Assembly: GCA_963790045.1 (NCBI GenBank)
Contig: CAWBMS010000007.1
Span: 591,545 to 655,544, forward strand
DNA: 64,000 nt
From: Ignavibacteriota bacterium
GTDB lineage: Bacteria > Bacteroidota > Ignavibacteria > UBA10030
Reading direction: 5' to 3'
The translations under genes were made by a program, and so were the position numbers. The notes below the pieces were generated by a model. It was given only the letters and a program-made list of their open reading frames with translations, was not told where the DNA came from and ran no database searches. Below, in pieces: positions 9,817-19,773 of this stretch. Each line of letters begins with the position of its first letter. Positions within the stretch are counted from its first letter, which is position 1.

Positions 9817-10005
9817 GTTTTAAGGAATGCCGCCAACTTTATTTCAGTGGTGATTTCAGAATGAATAGTCATTCGTCAACAAAATTCAAACTACGTATTA
9901 TAAAAAGGAACACAGGGTAAAGCCATCGTAACAGCACACGAAAATAAATTTTCAACGGGCGTTAATGAACATTCTCTGATTCCACTAAACTATATTCCCA
10001 TTGCA

Positions 10006-11581
10006 ATGACCACTCTTTTTGCATTGATACTTGGTTTGGGAATGTTTTTTACATGAACTGTGGCGTGATGAACTTGAAATATATTCACGGTTAGCATTTA
10101 CAAACCATGTGTTCATGGAGGGCGATGTTTCTTCAATATGTTACTATGCATTTTTGAAATTTTTTATGCTGATGAACAACTCTGAAGCGATGTTTCAGAT
10201 TGCTCACCTCTTCATTCTTATTCCTGCAATATATCTATTTGTAAAATATACCAACATAGCAAAACCACAAAAACTTTTGTTTGTGTGCAGCTATTTCATG
10301 GTGTACGATTACGGTATCATTTCACGCTATTACGGTTTTATGATTTTATTCTTATTTGTTTTGGTGTATTTACTCACCCGAAGAGAGAAAAATTATTTAC
10401 TCATCGTGGCAGCACTTCTGGTTTTGGCAAATCATTCCATACAATCGACCATTTTTGCGGGATGTTTATCAGCATATCTTTTATTAGATGGTGTTTATCT
10501 TTATACAAAGAAAAAAATACAATTCAATAGTATTTTTATGTTAGCACTTATGTTGTTTATTGTGGGATGGGGAGCAATACTTGTTTCACATTATTTGGTA
10601 ACATTGAAAAATGCCTCGTATTTAGGCAACGGACAATTTGGATCGGCGCCACTGTTTATTAATATAAAATCTATTTGGAACGCATTTTTCCCCATTCCTC
10701 ATTTCAGTTCGGGAATTGCATTTTGGAATACGAATATTGTTCCTTACACGATGATTTTTCCTCAAACGTTTTCTGTGTCCGCTTATGTCACAATACCCAA
10801 TATTCTCACCTTTCTTGTTTCTGTTTTTATTCTGATAGTCATTATTGCAAAGTTTTCAGAAAAACCTGTAGTTTGCCTCATTTTTTCTTTAACCATCCTT
10901 ATTTATTTAGCATTTTTACAATATACAAAAGTGTATTTTTTAAGATATCAGGGATTGTTATTCCTCATTTTCATATATCATTATTGGTTGTTTACTAATG
11001 CCGAAGAAAACAGCAGCTTGGAAATATTGAAACCTGTCGATGGTTTGTTTAGAACTAAATCTTTAGGATTCTTGAAAAAATGTTTTACTCCAATGGTATA
11101 TGTAATATTGTTTGCACAAGTATTTTCAGCATGTTACGCTTTTTCAATAGACATGAAATACAAATTCACCATGTCGCAAGATGCGGCAAAATATATTACG
11201 GAAAATAATCTCGACAAAACGCATGTCATGGTTGGATTCATCGATTATGCGGCTCAAACAATTGCGGCACACACCGGAACAAAAATCTTTTTCCCACAAG
11301 TAAATCATTTTAGTTATTACCAAGAACCATTTAATAAAGAGCGTAAACGAACACTGTCATTATCCGAAGTATTTGTTTCGTGTACAAATTTTACTGAAAA
11401 ACAAAACAAGAAAGTTCTATTGGTGCTTAATTTTCCGTTGATGGATAATAACAATCAAATTGTTCTCGCGGGAATGATTTCGCAAAATACGCAACTACGA
11501 CTATTGCAATCGTTTACCGGAGAAGTAATCCAACTTGACGAACAGTTTTGGTTATACGAAGCAACGAAGGTTGAAAATTAA
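10006..11581 (+). pseudogene. third GT-C-like polytopic membrane protein, frameshifted at a T6 run (or assembly indel)
   Basis: ATG 10006 encodes the TM helix MTTLFALILGLGMFFT then a stop. Track ORF 10031..11581 continues in the next frame with HELWRDELEIYS (DExxY loop). Shortening T6 (10045-10050) by one gives MTTLFALILGLGMFLHELWRDELEIY. Confidence 0.5.
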
Positions 11582-11711
11582 TACCGATTTTTAAAATGAC
11601 GTAGAAAGATCAACCGAATTAAATTCGGCAGCCAATACTGTATTTGAAAGAACCGGGCAATATGCAAACCGCCTATTGTTTTTTATATCTTTTATTTTGC
11701 TTGGAGGCACT

Positions 11712-12335
11712 ATGAATACCGACAACATTCATTGGCTTGGCCATTCGGCGTTCCGTATCGAAGACGGAACGGCGCAAATTTATATCGATCCGTTTAAACT
11801 ATCGGACCATCTTCCGAAGGCGGATATTATTTTTATTACACATGCGCATTACGATCATTATTCGCCGGAAGACATTGCGAAGATCCAAAAAGAGGGAACA
11901 ATGTTTGTTGCACCGAATGATGTCGCTGCACAAATTAAGGGCAAAGTCATTGCCGTCGAACCGGGTAAAACATACACCGCCGGCAAATTAAAAGTTCAAA
12001 CAGTTGCCGCTTACAATATCGATAAAAAATTCCATCCGAAAGCAAATAAGTGGGTGGGATACATTATCACGCTTTCCAACGGCGAAAAGATTTATCACGC
12101 CGGCGACACGGATTTTATTCCCGAAATGAAATCTATCGTTACGGATGTTGCGATGCTTCCTTGCGGCGGCACGTACACGATGACGGCACAGCAAGCGGCT
12201 GAGGCGGCGAACGCCTTTAAGCCCAAACTTTTGATTCCCATGCACTGGGGAACCATCGTCGGTTCTAAAGCTGATGCGGAGATGGTGAAGAAACTTTTCA
12301 AAGGCGAAACGAAAATTCTGACACCTGAGAAATGA
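11712..12335 (+). CDS. MBL-fold metallo-hydrolase
   Basis: HAHYDH (HxHxDH) motif. GGAGG lies 6 nt upstream of ATG 11712 (MNTDNIHWLGHSAF). The track ORF starts earlier at a TTG. Confidence 0.8.
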   Translation: MNTDNIHWLGHSAFRIEDGTAQIYIDPFKLSDHLPKADIIFITHAHYDHYSPEDIAKIQKEGTMFVAPNDVAAQIKGKVIAVEPGKTYTAGKLKVQTVAAYNIDKKFHPKANKWVGYIITLSNGEKIYHAGDTDFIPEMKSIVTDVAMLPCGGTYTMTAQQAAEAANAFKPKLLIPMHWGTIVGSKADAEMVKKLFKGETKILTPEK

Positions 12336-12343
12336 AGAAACGG

Positions 12344-12392
12344 AACCTTGTCAAAGTTGCCGAGAATGAAACCGAAGAACTTTGACAAGGTT
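12344..12392. terminator. 15-bp perfect inverted repeat between convergent genes
   Basis: AACCTTGTCAAAGTT (12344-12358) and AACTTTGACAAGGTT (12378-12392) with a 19-nt loop. Lies between the MBL gene stop (12335) and the ywbE-like stop (12414). No clear U-tract. Confidence 0.4.
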
Positions 12393-12413
12393 TAAACAGC
12401 TTTTAGTAGATTT

Positions 12414-12608
12414 TTATTCTTTCACTTCCTGCACACGTCCGATTTCGCCGGTGGTGAGGCGGACTTTGATGCCGCGTGAGTGAAACGGGCTTTTGGTAAG
12501 AATATCTTTCACAATTCCTTCTGTTAATTTTCCGGTACGTTGATCTTGTTTTAAGACAATTGCGACTTCTTTGCCCGGTGCAATATTATTTCTTGTCTTA
12601 CCATCCAT
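12414..12608 (-). CDS. YwbE-family (DUF2196) small protein
   Basis: 64 aa. QDQRTGKLTEGIVKDILTKSPFHSRGIKVRLTTGEIGRVQEV matches the YwbE pattern as recalled. Confidence 0.7.
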   Translation of the reverse strand: MDGKTRNNIAPGKEVAIVLKQDQRTGKLTEGIVKDILTKSPFHSRGIKVRLTTGEIGRVQEVKE

Positions 12609-12641
12609 TGTTTGTTGCGTCCAATTATAAATTCATTATAA

Positions 12642-12712
12642 GGACACACAAGAATGTGTGTCCTACCATGTAATATAGAATAACTTGGGTAGGACATTCA
12701 TTCTTGAATGTC
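12642..12712. repeat. REP/REPIN-like hairpin doublet (GGACA class)
   Basis: GGACACACAAGAATGTGTGTCCTACC (12642-12667) and inverted GGTAGGACATTCATTCTTGAATGTC (12688-12712). Same family as the copies at 49899-49957 and 56384-56450. Confidence 0.75.
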
Positions 12713-12832
12713 AGTTTCTGTTCAACTAAAAGATCGTGTTTCCTGTCCGCAATAACAAGGCGTTTTGCTCGGTTTCTTGCTTCTGCCTGCACCTTCTTGT
12801 ATATTGACGTGAGCGGAAACGCTATAAATAGA

Positions 12833-13873
12833 GTGAAAAAAAACAGTTTTCAGCATATACTTGTAGTTCGCACCGACCGGATCGGCGACGTTATTTTGAC
12901 TCTTCCCATAGTGACAGAATTGCGTGCACAGTTTCCAGCCGCCAATGTTTCATTGTTGCTGCGGGAATACACGCGCGGTCTTGCCGACACACAACGCGGA
13001 GTTGATGCCGTGCTGATCTACGATTGCGGCGGAAAAGTAAAACCGTTTTTTGAAATGTTGGGTGAATTGCGCCGTGCGCGTATTGATGCGGTGGTCGTTG
13101 CATATCCGAGATTCCGAATTGCGCTGCTGTTGTGGCTGGCGGGAATTTCCGTTCGCGTTGGAACTGCGTACCGTTGGTATTCTTTTTTGTTTAACGCACG
13201 TGTGTATGAGCATCGCAAAACCGTAACAAAGCATGAAGCGGAATACAATCTCTCGCTTCTTCATGCGCTTGGCTGCAATGTTTTCTCACCGCCGCATGTG
13301 GAACTTGTGCTGACGACCGAAGATGTACGTGTTGCAGAAGAAACGCAAAAAACTTTAAGCATAACAAATGCAGACCGTGTTGTGATCCTGCATCCCGGCA
13401 GCGGCGGTTCTGCGCGCAATTGGAAGCCGGAACAATTTTCTGCGCTTGCGGTGCTGCTTGCAGCAAAAGGATTGCGAGTCATAGTTACAGGAAGCGAAGC
13501 TGAACGAACGTTAGTGGAATCGATTGTAAAACATAGTAACGGTGCAGCTAGTTCGTTCATCAGCACACTGCGATTGAGGGAATTTGCGGCGTTCATTAAA
13601 ACCGCAAAAATATTTATTGCAAACTCCACAGGGCCGCTCCATCTTGCAGCGGTTGTCGGAACGCCGGTCATCGGATTTTATCCGCCGTTGAAAGTGATGA
13701 GCCCCAAACGCTGGGGCCCGTTGACGGAAAAGAAAGTGATCTTTGTTCCTGATCCGGCGAAATGTTCTCGCTGCAATGGCGGCGATTGCCGCGGCAATAC
13801 ATGCATGGATCAAATTTTGCCGGAACAAGTTGCCGGAGCGGCGGAGAACTTGCTGGGCACACATTCATCATAA
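12833..13873 (+). CDS. glycosyltransferase family 9 (heptosyltransferase-like)
   Basis: ILVVRTDRIGDVILTLPIV N-terminus is typical of GT9, with NSTGPLHLAAVVGTPVIGFY near the C-terminus. GTG 12833 is preferred because the track ORF start (12704) lies inside the REP doublet. Confidence 0.75.
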   Translation: MKKNSFQHILVVRTDRIGDVILTLPIVTELRAQFPAANVSLLLREYTRGLADTQRGVDAVLIYDCGGKVKPFFEMLGELRRARIDAVVVAYPRFRIALLLWLAGISVRVGTAYRWYSFLFNARVYEHRKTVTKHEAEYNLSLLHALGCNVFSPPHVELVLTTEDVRVAEETQKTLSITNADRVVILHPGSGGSARNWKPEQFSALAVLLAAKGLRVIVTGSEAERTLVESIVKHSNGAASSFISTLRLREFAAFIKTAKIFIANSTGPLHLAAVVGTPVIGFYPPLKVMSPKRWGPLTEKKVIFVPDPAKCSRCNGGDCRGNTCMDQILPEQVAGAAENLLGTHSS

Positions 13874-13882
13874 CGATGAAAT

Positions 13883-14728
13883 TTGGAGAACGAAACGTTG
13901 GTATTCAAAATATATTTAGCACCTAACAAACTATTGTTCATGCTTTTTTCTCTTTGTATGTTTCATGGAATGACCGTGCGAGCACAGAACTCCGCCCCCT
14001 CTTCGATAACAGAATTACGCACCGTCGAACAACAGGCATTCGGTGTCGGCGAACATTTAAAGTTTGATGTGGGATTTAGTTTTATCAAAGCAGGAGAGGC
14101 GGAGTTTTCGATTCCAACAATGAAAACCGTGAATGGACGCGAATGTTTTCAAATTCTTGCCACAGTTGTATCCACGCCGACATTTTCTTTCTTCTATAAA
14201 GTCGATGATTATTATGAAACGTTAGTCGATACAAAAGGAATTTTTCCATGGCATTTTACGCAGCGTGTGCGGGAAGGAAAATATAGTTTTGATTTTGCAG
14301 CGGAGTTCGATCAAACAAATAATGTAGCGATTACGGCAAAAGGTCGTTTTCGTACATCACCCTATGTCTATGATGTCGTCTCTGCATTGTTCTATGTGCG
14401 CACTATGGATTTTTCCAAATGCAAGCCAGGTGAAAAACAATATCTCTCGAATTTTTATAACGATTCCACGTATCAACTTGCGGTAAAGTTTCTCGGATAC
14501 CAGCAGGTGGAAGTAAAAGCAGGAACGTTTAATTGCATTTGTGTGGAACCGTTGGTGCAGGAAGGCGGATTGTTTAAGAGCAACGGAAAAATTATTATCT
14601 GGATGACGAATGATGAACGAAAAATTCCGGTGAAGGTAAGTACGAAAGTGATTGTCGGTTCCATCGATGCAGAACTGCGGGAGTATTCGGGTATCAACGG
14701 AACGATTAAAGCAAAAGTAGAAGATTGA
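13883..14728 (+). CDS. DUF3108 domain-containing protein (secreted)
   Basis: GEHLKFDVGFSFIKAGEAEF...FFYKVDDYYETLVDTKGIFPWHFTQRVREGKY...KAGTFNCICVEP matches the recalled DUF3108 pattern. Start is uncertain (TTG 13883 or ATG 13940). Confidence 0.65.
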   Translation: MENETLVFKIYLAPNKLLFMLFSLCMFHGMTVRAQNSAPSSITELRTVEQQAFGVGEHLKFDVGFSFIKAGEAEFSIPTMKTVNGRECFQILATVVSTPTFSFFYKVDDYYETLVDTKGIFPWHFTQRVREGKYSFDFAAEFDQTNNVAITAKGRFRTSPYVYDVVSALFYVRTMDFSKCKPGEKQYLSNFYNDSTYQLAVKFLGYQQVEVKAGTFNCICVEPLVQEGGLFKSNGKIIIWMTNDERKIPVKVSTKVIVGSIDAELREYSGINGTIKAKVED

Positions 14729-14737
14729 TGTACACGG

Positions 14738-15697
14738 ATGACTGAACCACAAGAACATATTCCTGAAACGCCCGAAACCGGTTCACAAAATGAAACGAGT
14801 GTTGAACAGCGTTCTTTTGTGGAACGCCACAATATCCATCCGTTGCTGTTTGCAATTGCAGCGTTAGTTATTATTTTTGTGTTGTATCAAGTTGGCGGAG
14901 GATTGATCGTCTTCTTGGCTGCCGGTACGGGATCAGTGACACGGGACAATGTGCAGCTTGTGCGTTTGTTGACGATGATCGGACAGTTATTATTTCTTTT
15001 TGTCCCGACATTATTGTTTGCACGATTGTTCAGCAAAAGGAAGCGCGAAATATTTTCTTTCCGTGTGCCCGGCATGCAAGAATCGTTGCTTGCATTGGTT
15101 GCCCTGTTCTCGTTACAGCGCGTGTGTGAAGCGTATCTGTTCTTTCAAGATATGATTCCGGTACCGAAACTCATGCGGGAATTTTTTGATCCCATCAAAA
15201 AAATGATGGAGAGCTTAACGGCGGTGCTGGTGCATTCGGATACATTGCCGGAATTGTTTTTTGTGCTCTTCGTTGTAGCGATCATTCCCGCCATTGCGGA
15301 AGAATTGCTGTTCCGCGGACTCATTCAAAGCACCTTCAACAGAATAATGCCGCCGATGGCGGCAGCGATGCTGGCAGGAATAATTTTCGGCTTGTATCAT
15401 GTGAATCCGTTTGAAGTTGTGCCGTTGGTGGGATTGGGAATATTTTTTGGAATTCTGCGCTACCGTTCGCAATCGCTTGTCGTGCCGATGGCGGCGCATT
15501 TCTTTAATAATGTCCTTGCCGTGCTGGCGGGATATTTTGGAATGGAGAGCGATAGCATGCTGGAAGCTGCGCAGTTCACACCGGCAGTTTCTACGGTACT
15601 GTTTGAATTAATGATTTTTGGCGTGCTCTTTGTGTGGTCGTTCATGAGATACCTGCGCATGACACGCAGAGTTTGTTTGGAGAATGGTGTGGTATGA
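14738..15697 (+). CDS. CPBP family intramembrane glutamic endopeptidase (CAAX protease-like)
   Basis: PAIAEELLFRGLIQ (EExxxR), FGLYHV and AHFFNN motifs within a polytopic membrane protein. Confidence 0.85.
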   Translation: MTEPQEHIPETPETGSQNETSVEQRSFVERHNIHPLLFAIAALVIIFVLYQVGGGLIVFLAAGTGSVTRDNVQLVRLLTMIGQLLFLFVPTLLFARLFSKRKREIFSFRVPGMQESLLALVALFSLQRVCEAYLFFQDMIPVPKLMREFFDPIKKMMESLTAVLVHSDTLPELFFVLFVVAIIPAIAEELLFRGLIQSTFNRIMPPMAAAMLAGIIFGLYHVNPFEVVPLVGLGIFFGILRYRSQSLVVPMAAHFFNNVLAVLAGYFGMESDSMLEAAQFTPAVSTVLFELMIFGVLFVWSFMRYLRMTRRVCLENGVV

Positions 15698-16137
15698 ATA
15701 CGACATGCAGCCATTGCGGTGAACCACTGAATGCAACGTTGCCGTTTTGTAAACACTGCGGCATGATTCATGCCAACAATACGGAATATGAATGTGAAAC
15801 GCATGCGGATCGTTCTGCTATCGGCATGTGCATGGTATGTTATAAACCGCTCTGCGAAGTTTGTAAAACCATCAAGGGAATGAAATTATTTTGCGGCAAT
15901 CAAGCGCATCATGAGATTCTAAATGATTGGAGCATCGTCCATCATTCTGAATCAGAGTTTGAAGCCGATGCGATTCGGCAAAACTTGAAAGCCGCCGAGA
16001 TTGAAAGCAAGTCATTCTCGCTGCACGATCATGTTACAGCGCATTTTATTCCGGCAAATCTCGTAACAGTTTGGGTGCGGAAGACCGAAGTACAAAAAGC
16101 AACGACAGTTTTAACGGGTCTCCATCTTTTAACATAA
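15694..16137 (+). CDS. zinc-ribbon plus DUF2007-like domain protein
   Basis: ATG 15694 overlaps the upstream stop (ATGA). Two CxxC pairs (CSHCGEPL...CKHCG; CMVCYKPLCEVC). C-terminal WSIVHHSESEFEADAIRQNLKAAEIES resembles DUF2007. Confidence 0.5.
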   Translation: MNTTCSHCGEPLNATLPFCKHCGMIHANNTEYECETHADRSAIGMCMVCYKPLCEVCKTIKGMKLFCGNQAHHEILNDWSIVHHSESEFEADAIRQNLKAAEIESKSFSLHDHVTAHFIPANLVTVWVRKTEVQKATTVLTGLHLLT

Positions 16138-16181
16138 ATCAATCAGACACAATTTGTTTTTTTATACGCTAATTTTAAACG

Positions 16182-17141
16182 GTGATTATTCCTATGCATC
16201 AATTTAGTAATTTAACATTTCGTATTTTAGTCGCAGTGATCGCAATGCCGTTCATCGTCTGGTTGACGATGCTGGGCGGTTATTTCTTTTTCGGATTGGT
16301 GGCGCTCATCTCGGCAGTTGCGTTGTATGAATTTTACGGCATGGCAGAAGCGAAAGGCGCTGCCCCGCTGAAAACGTTCGGCATTATTGCCGGGTTTTGC
16401 GTGAATGCCGTCTTTATTTATGAACGCACACAGGTGGAAGTGTACCAATTCTTTTTGGATCACGGCATGCGGCTATCGATGTTCTCGCAGCATCAATTGT
16501 TCTCTGTGGTGCTGTTGGTGTTCGTGCTGCTCGTGCTGCTCATCGAATTGTTTCGCACCCAAGGTTCGCCCACCATGAATATTGCGACCACGGTTCTCGG
16601 AGTGTTGGTGATTTCGTTTTGCTTGGGAACTCTTATTTTTCTGCGAGAATTGTTTCCGTATGGATTTCCGGTTTATAAATTCTTTACCGTGGGCTTTGCC
16701 GATGATGGGCAGCTTGCACAGATCAATCGCTGGGGCGGGTTCACCGTGATTTCGATCCTTGCATCGATATGGCTTTGCGATACGGCAGCGTACTTTGGCG
16801 GCAAAACTTTCGGCAAACACTTGTTGTTTGAACGCGTCAGCCCGAAAAAAACTTGGGAAGGATCTGTGTGCGGATTTATTTTTGCGATTGTCACGATGGT
16901 TGCCGCAAAATATTTGTTGCTTGGCTATCTTGCACTGCATCAGGCAATCATTCTCGGAATTTTTGTCGGCGTCTTCGGGCAAATCGGCGATCTGATTGAG
17001 TCGCGATTCAAGCGCGATGCCAGTGTAAAAGATTCGTCGTCGCTCATTCCAGGCCACGGCGGCGTATATGACCGCTTTGACAGTTTAATTTATGTCGCGC
17101 CGATTGTATATTTGTATATCGATTTTGTTGTGCTCTCGTAG
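16182..17141 (+). CDS. cdsA: phosphatidate cytidylyltransferase
   Basis: Polytopic membrane protein with the CdsA signature SRFKRDASVKDSSSLIPGHGGVYDRFDS. Start is GTG 16182 or ATG 16194. Confidence 0.85.
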   Translation: MIIPMHQFSNLTFRILVAVIAMPFIVWLTMLGGYFFFGLVALISAVALYEFYGMAEAKGAAPLKTFGIIAGFCVNAVFIYERTQVEVYQFFLDHGMRLSMFSQHQLFSVVLLVFVLLVLLIELFRTQGSPTMNIATTVLGVLVISFCLGTLIFLRELFPYGFPVYKFFTVGFADDGQLAQINRWGGFTVISILASIWLCDTAAYFGGKTFGKHLLFERVSPKKTWEGSVCGFIFAIVTMVAAKYLLLGYLALHQAIILGIFVGVFGQIGDLIESRFKRDASVKDSSSLIPGHGGVYDRFDSLIYVAPIVYLYIDFVVLS

Positions 17142-17156
17142 CACGTAGGATATTGT

Positions 17157-18449
17157 GTGGCAGGAAAATCAAAAATTCATATCGTAACGCTCGGCTGTCC
17201 GAAGAATCAAGTTGATTCGGAAGTGCTGCACGCGCAGCTTCAATTACAATCCGGCAATGTGGAAGTGGTGAGTGATGCCGATCATGCCGATACGATTATC
17301 ATCAACACATGCGGATTTATTCAAGATGCAAAACAGGAATCAATCGATGCGATCGTCGAAGCGATTGAAATGAAAGAGCATGGCGAAGTTAAAAAAATTA
17401 TCGTGATGGGATGCATGGCAGAACGATTTAAAAAAGAATTAGCGAAAGAACTTCCCGAAGTCGATTCCTTTTTCGGCACACGGCAATTACCGGAGATTCT
17501 TACCGAACTCGGCGTCGATTACAAGCGCGAATTGCTTGGCGAACGAATTTTATCAACTCCATCGCATACCGCTTATCTTAAAATTTCAGAAGGATGCGAC
17601 AACCCATGTTCTTTCTGCGCCATTCCGCTGATGCGCGGCGGGCATCGCTCAACGCCCATCGAAGAACTTGTGCACGAATCGCGCTTGCTTGCTGCAAAAG
17701 GAGTGAAAGAACTTGTCGTCATTGGACAGGATTCAACGTATTATGGACTCGATCTGTACGGCGAACGTCGTTTAGCGTCATTGCTGGGCGAACTGCAAAC
17801 GGTCGATGGCATTGAATGGATTCGATTGATGTACGCGTATCCCGCAAAATTTCCGCTCGATGTGCTGCAAGCGTTTCAACAATATTCAAAACTTTGCCGG
17901 TACATCGATATGCCGATTCAACATATTGCCGACAACGTATTGAAGTCAATGCGTCGCGGCATGACGCAGCGCGCCACGAAAGAATTATTGTGGACGATCA
18001 AAAAAGAAATTCCCAACATTGCACTGCGCACCACACTCATTGTCGGATATCCGACAGAAACACAAAATGATTTTAAACAGTTGTGCGAGTTTGTTGAAGA
18101 GATGAAATTCCACCGGCTTGGCGTCTTCACATATTCACAGGAAGAAGGCACGGGTGCGTACGAACTCGGCGATCTGGTTCCTGAAGCAGTGAAACAAGAA
18201 CGAAAGGAAGCGTTGATGGAAATTCAGAAACAAATTTCCATCGAACGAAACGAATCACTCATCGGACAGAAATTAAAAGTACTTGTCGATGCGTACGACG
18301 GCGAAATTTATGGTGGACGCACAGAATGGGATGCGCCAGAAGTCGATCAAGAAGTGTTGATTCGCAGTGAGCGTGCACTTCTTCCCGGACAATTTGTTTC
18401 GGTAACGGTAACGGATGCAACGGAATACGATCTTATTGCGGATGTATAA
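17157..18449 (+). CDS. rimO: ribosomal protein S12 methylthiotransferase RimO
   Basis: MTTase N-domain (IVTLGCPKNQVDSE), radical SAM motif (EGCDNPCSFCAIP) and a C-terminal TRAM domain. 430 aa. Confidence 0.9.
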   Translation: MAGKSKIHIVTLGCPKNQVDSEVLHAQLQLQSGNVEVVSDADHADTIIINTCGFIQDAKQESIDAIVEAIEMKEHGEVKKIIVMGCMAERFKKELAKELPEVDSFFGTRQLPEILTELGVDYKRELLGERILSTPSHTAYLKISEGCDNPCSFCAIPLMRGGHRSTPIEELVHESRLLAAKGVKELVVIGQDSTYYGLDLYGERRLASLLGELQTVDGIEWIRLMYAYPAKFPLDVLQAFQQYSKLCRYIDMPIQHIADNVLKSMRRGMTQRATKELLWTIKKEIPNIALRTTLIVGYPTETQNDFKQLCEFVEEMKFHRLGVFTYSQEEGTGAYELGDLVPEAVKQERKEALMEIQKQISIERNESLIGQKLKVLVDAYDGEIYGGRTEWDAPEVDQEVLIRSERALLPGQFVSVTVTDATEYDLIADV

Positions 18450-18473
18450 ATCGGAACGAGAGAGGAGGAATAT

Positions 18474-19773
18474 ATGAAACATCGTATTCTTTGTTCACTA
18501 TTCTTCTTGATGGCGGTGCGATGGATGATGATCCCGATGGTTTTTGCACAACCGGAACCGAGTACAGAGAATTCTACCAACATCAACTGTGAAGCACTTG
18601 TTTTCGAGTCGAATCATTTGGATCATGCACGCCTCGGAATTTATCTGCAAGTTCCCTACAATGAAATTAGTTTTGTGAACGAAGATCGTGAATATATCGG
18701 GCGATATGAAATTTTTGCTTCGCTTCAAGATTCAACACAGCAACAAGTATGGCAGCAGGATCAATCAGTGGAACTGCACGCAAAAGATTTTTCGCAGACA
18801 ATTTCTTCACGGCTTTCAAGTGCCAAACAATTTTCTGTGCTGTTAGATAGCGGGCAATATTCGCTGCAAGTACAGATCATCGATCAGGAATCAAAAAAAT
18901 CGACGGCCTTCAAACGTTCTGTTATTGTCAATTCATTCCTCCATCGGCCGTTGGTGCTCAGCGATATATTGTTGGTGGATCGCGTCAGTAAAGAAGGAGC
19001 GCACACGAACATCATTCCCAATCTAACGGGAGTTGTCAGTCGAATCGGAGAGCGTGCCTATCTATATTTTGAAATCTATTCACGTGCAAAACTCGATTCC
19101 GTTACACTGTCCCTATATGCGTTGAATGAGAAACGCGATACGGTGCTGCGGCAGGAAAAAACGATGATGTTAAACGGGATGTTTACACAATCGATTTGGG
19201 AATTGCAAGATTCGCTGCTGCCTGTGTCGCAAACGACATTGGTCATTAACGCACAATCCTTTCAACGTGATAGCACAGGCAACCCGTTGCACGCGAAGGC
19301 ATTACGAAATATTTTAGTGCATCTGAAAAATTTACCGCCATCGATCAACGATCTTGATAAAGCAATCGAGCAGCTTCAATATATCGCCAAAGGAAGCGAA
19401 ATCGATTCAATCCGGGATGCATCGACTGTTGCGGAAAAGGAAAACCGGTTTTTAGAATTTTGGCAGAAACATAATCCTAATCCCGCTACCCAAACCAACA
19501 GCTTGATGGAAGAATATTATGCACGCGTCGCGTATGCCAACAAACATTTTTCACATTTGGGGGATGGTTGGAAAACGGATATGGGAATGGTCTTTGTTTT
19601 GTCACGGTGCACCGGAAAACATCGAACGGCATCCGTTTGACGCCAACGATAAGCCGTACGAGATATGGTACTATTACAATCTTGGCAGACAATTTATTTT
19701 TGTGGATCACTCCGGCTTTGGTGATTACCGTTTAACATATCCGACGACCGATTTGTGGGGAAGAATCTATTGA
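18474..19773 (+). pseudogene. GWxTD domain-containing protein, frameshifted near 19597-19603 (or assembly indel)
   Basis: Track ORF 18474..19640 ends ...GDGWKTDMGMVFVL then junk. ORF 19519..19773 carries the expected continuation HGAPENIERHPFDANDKPYEIWYYYNLGRQFIFVDHSGFGDYRL. One extra nt lies at or next to a T4 run. Confidence 0.75.
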
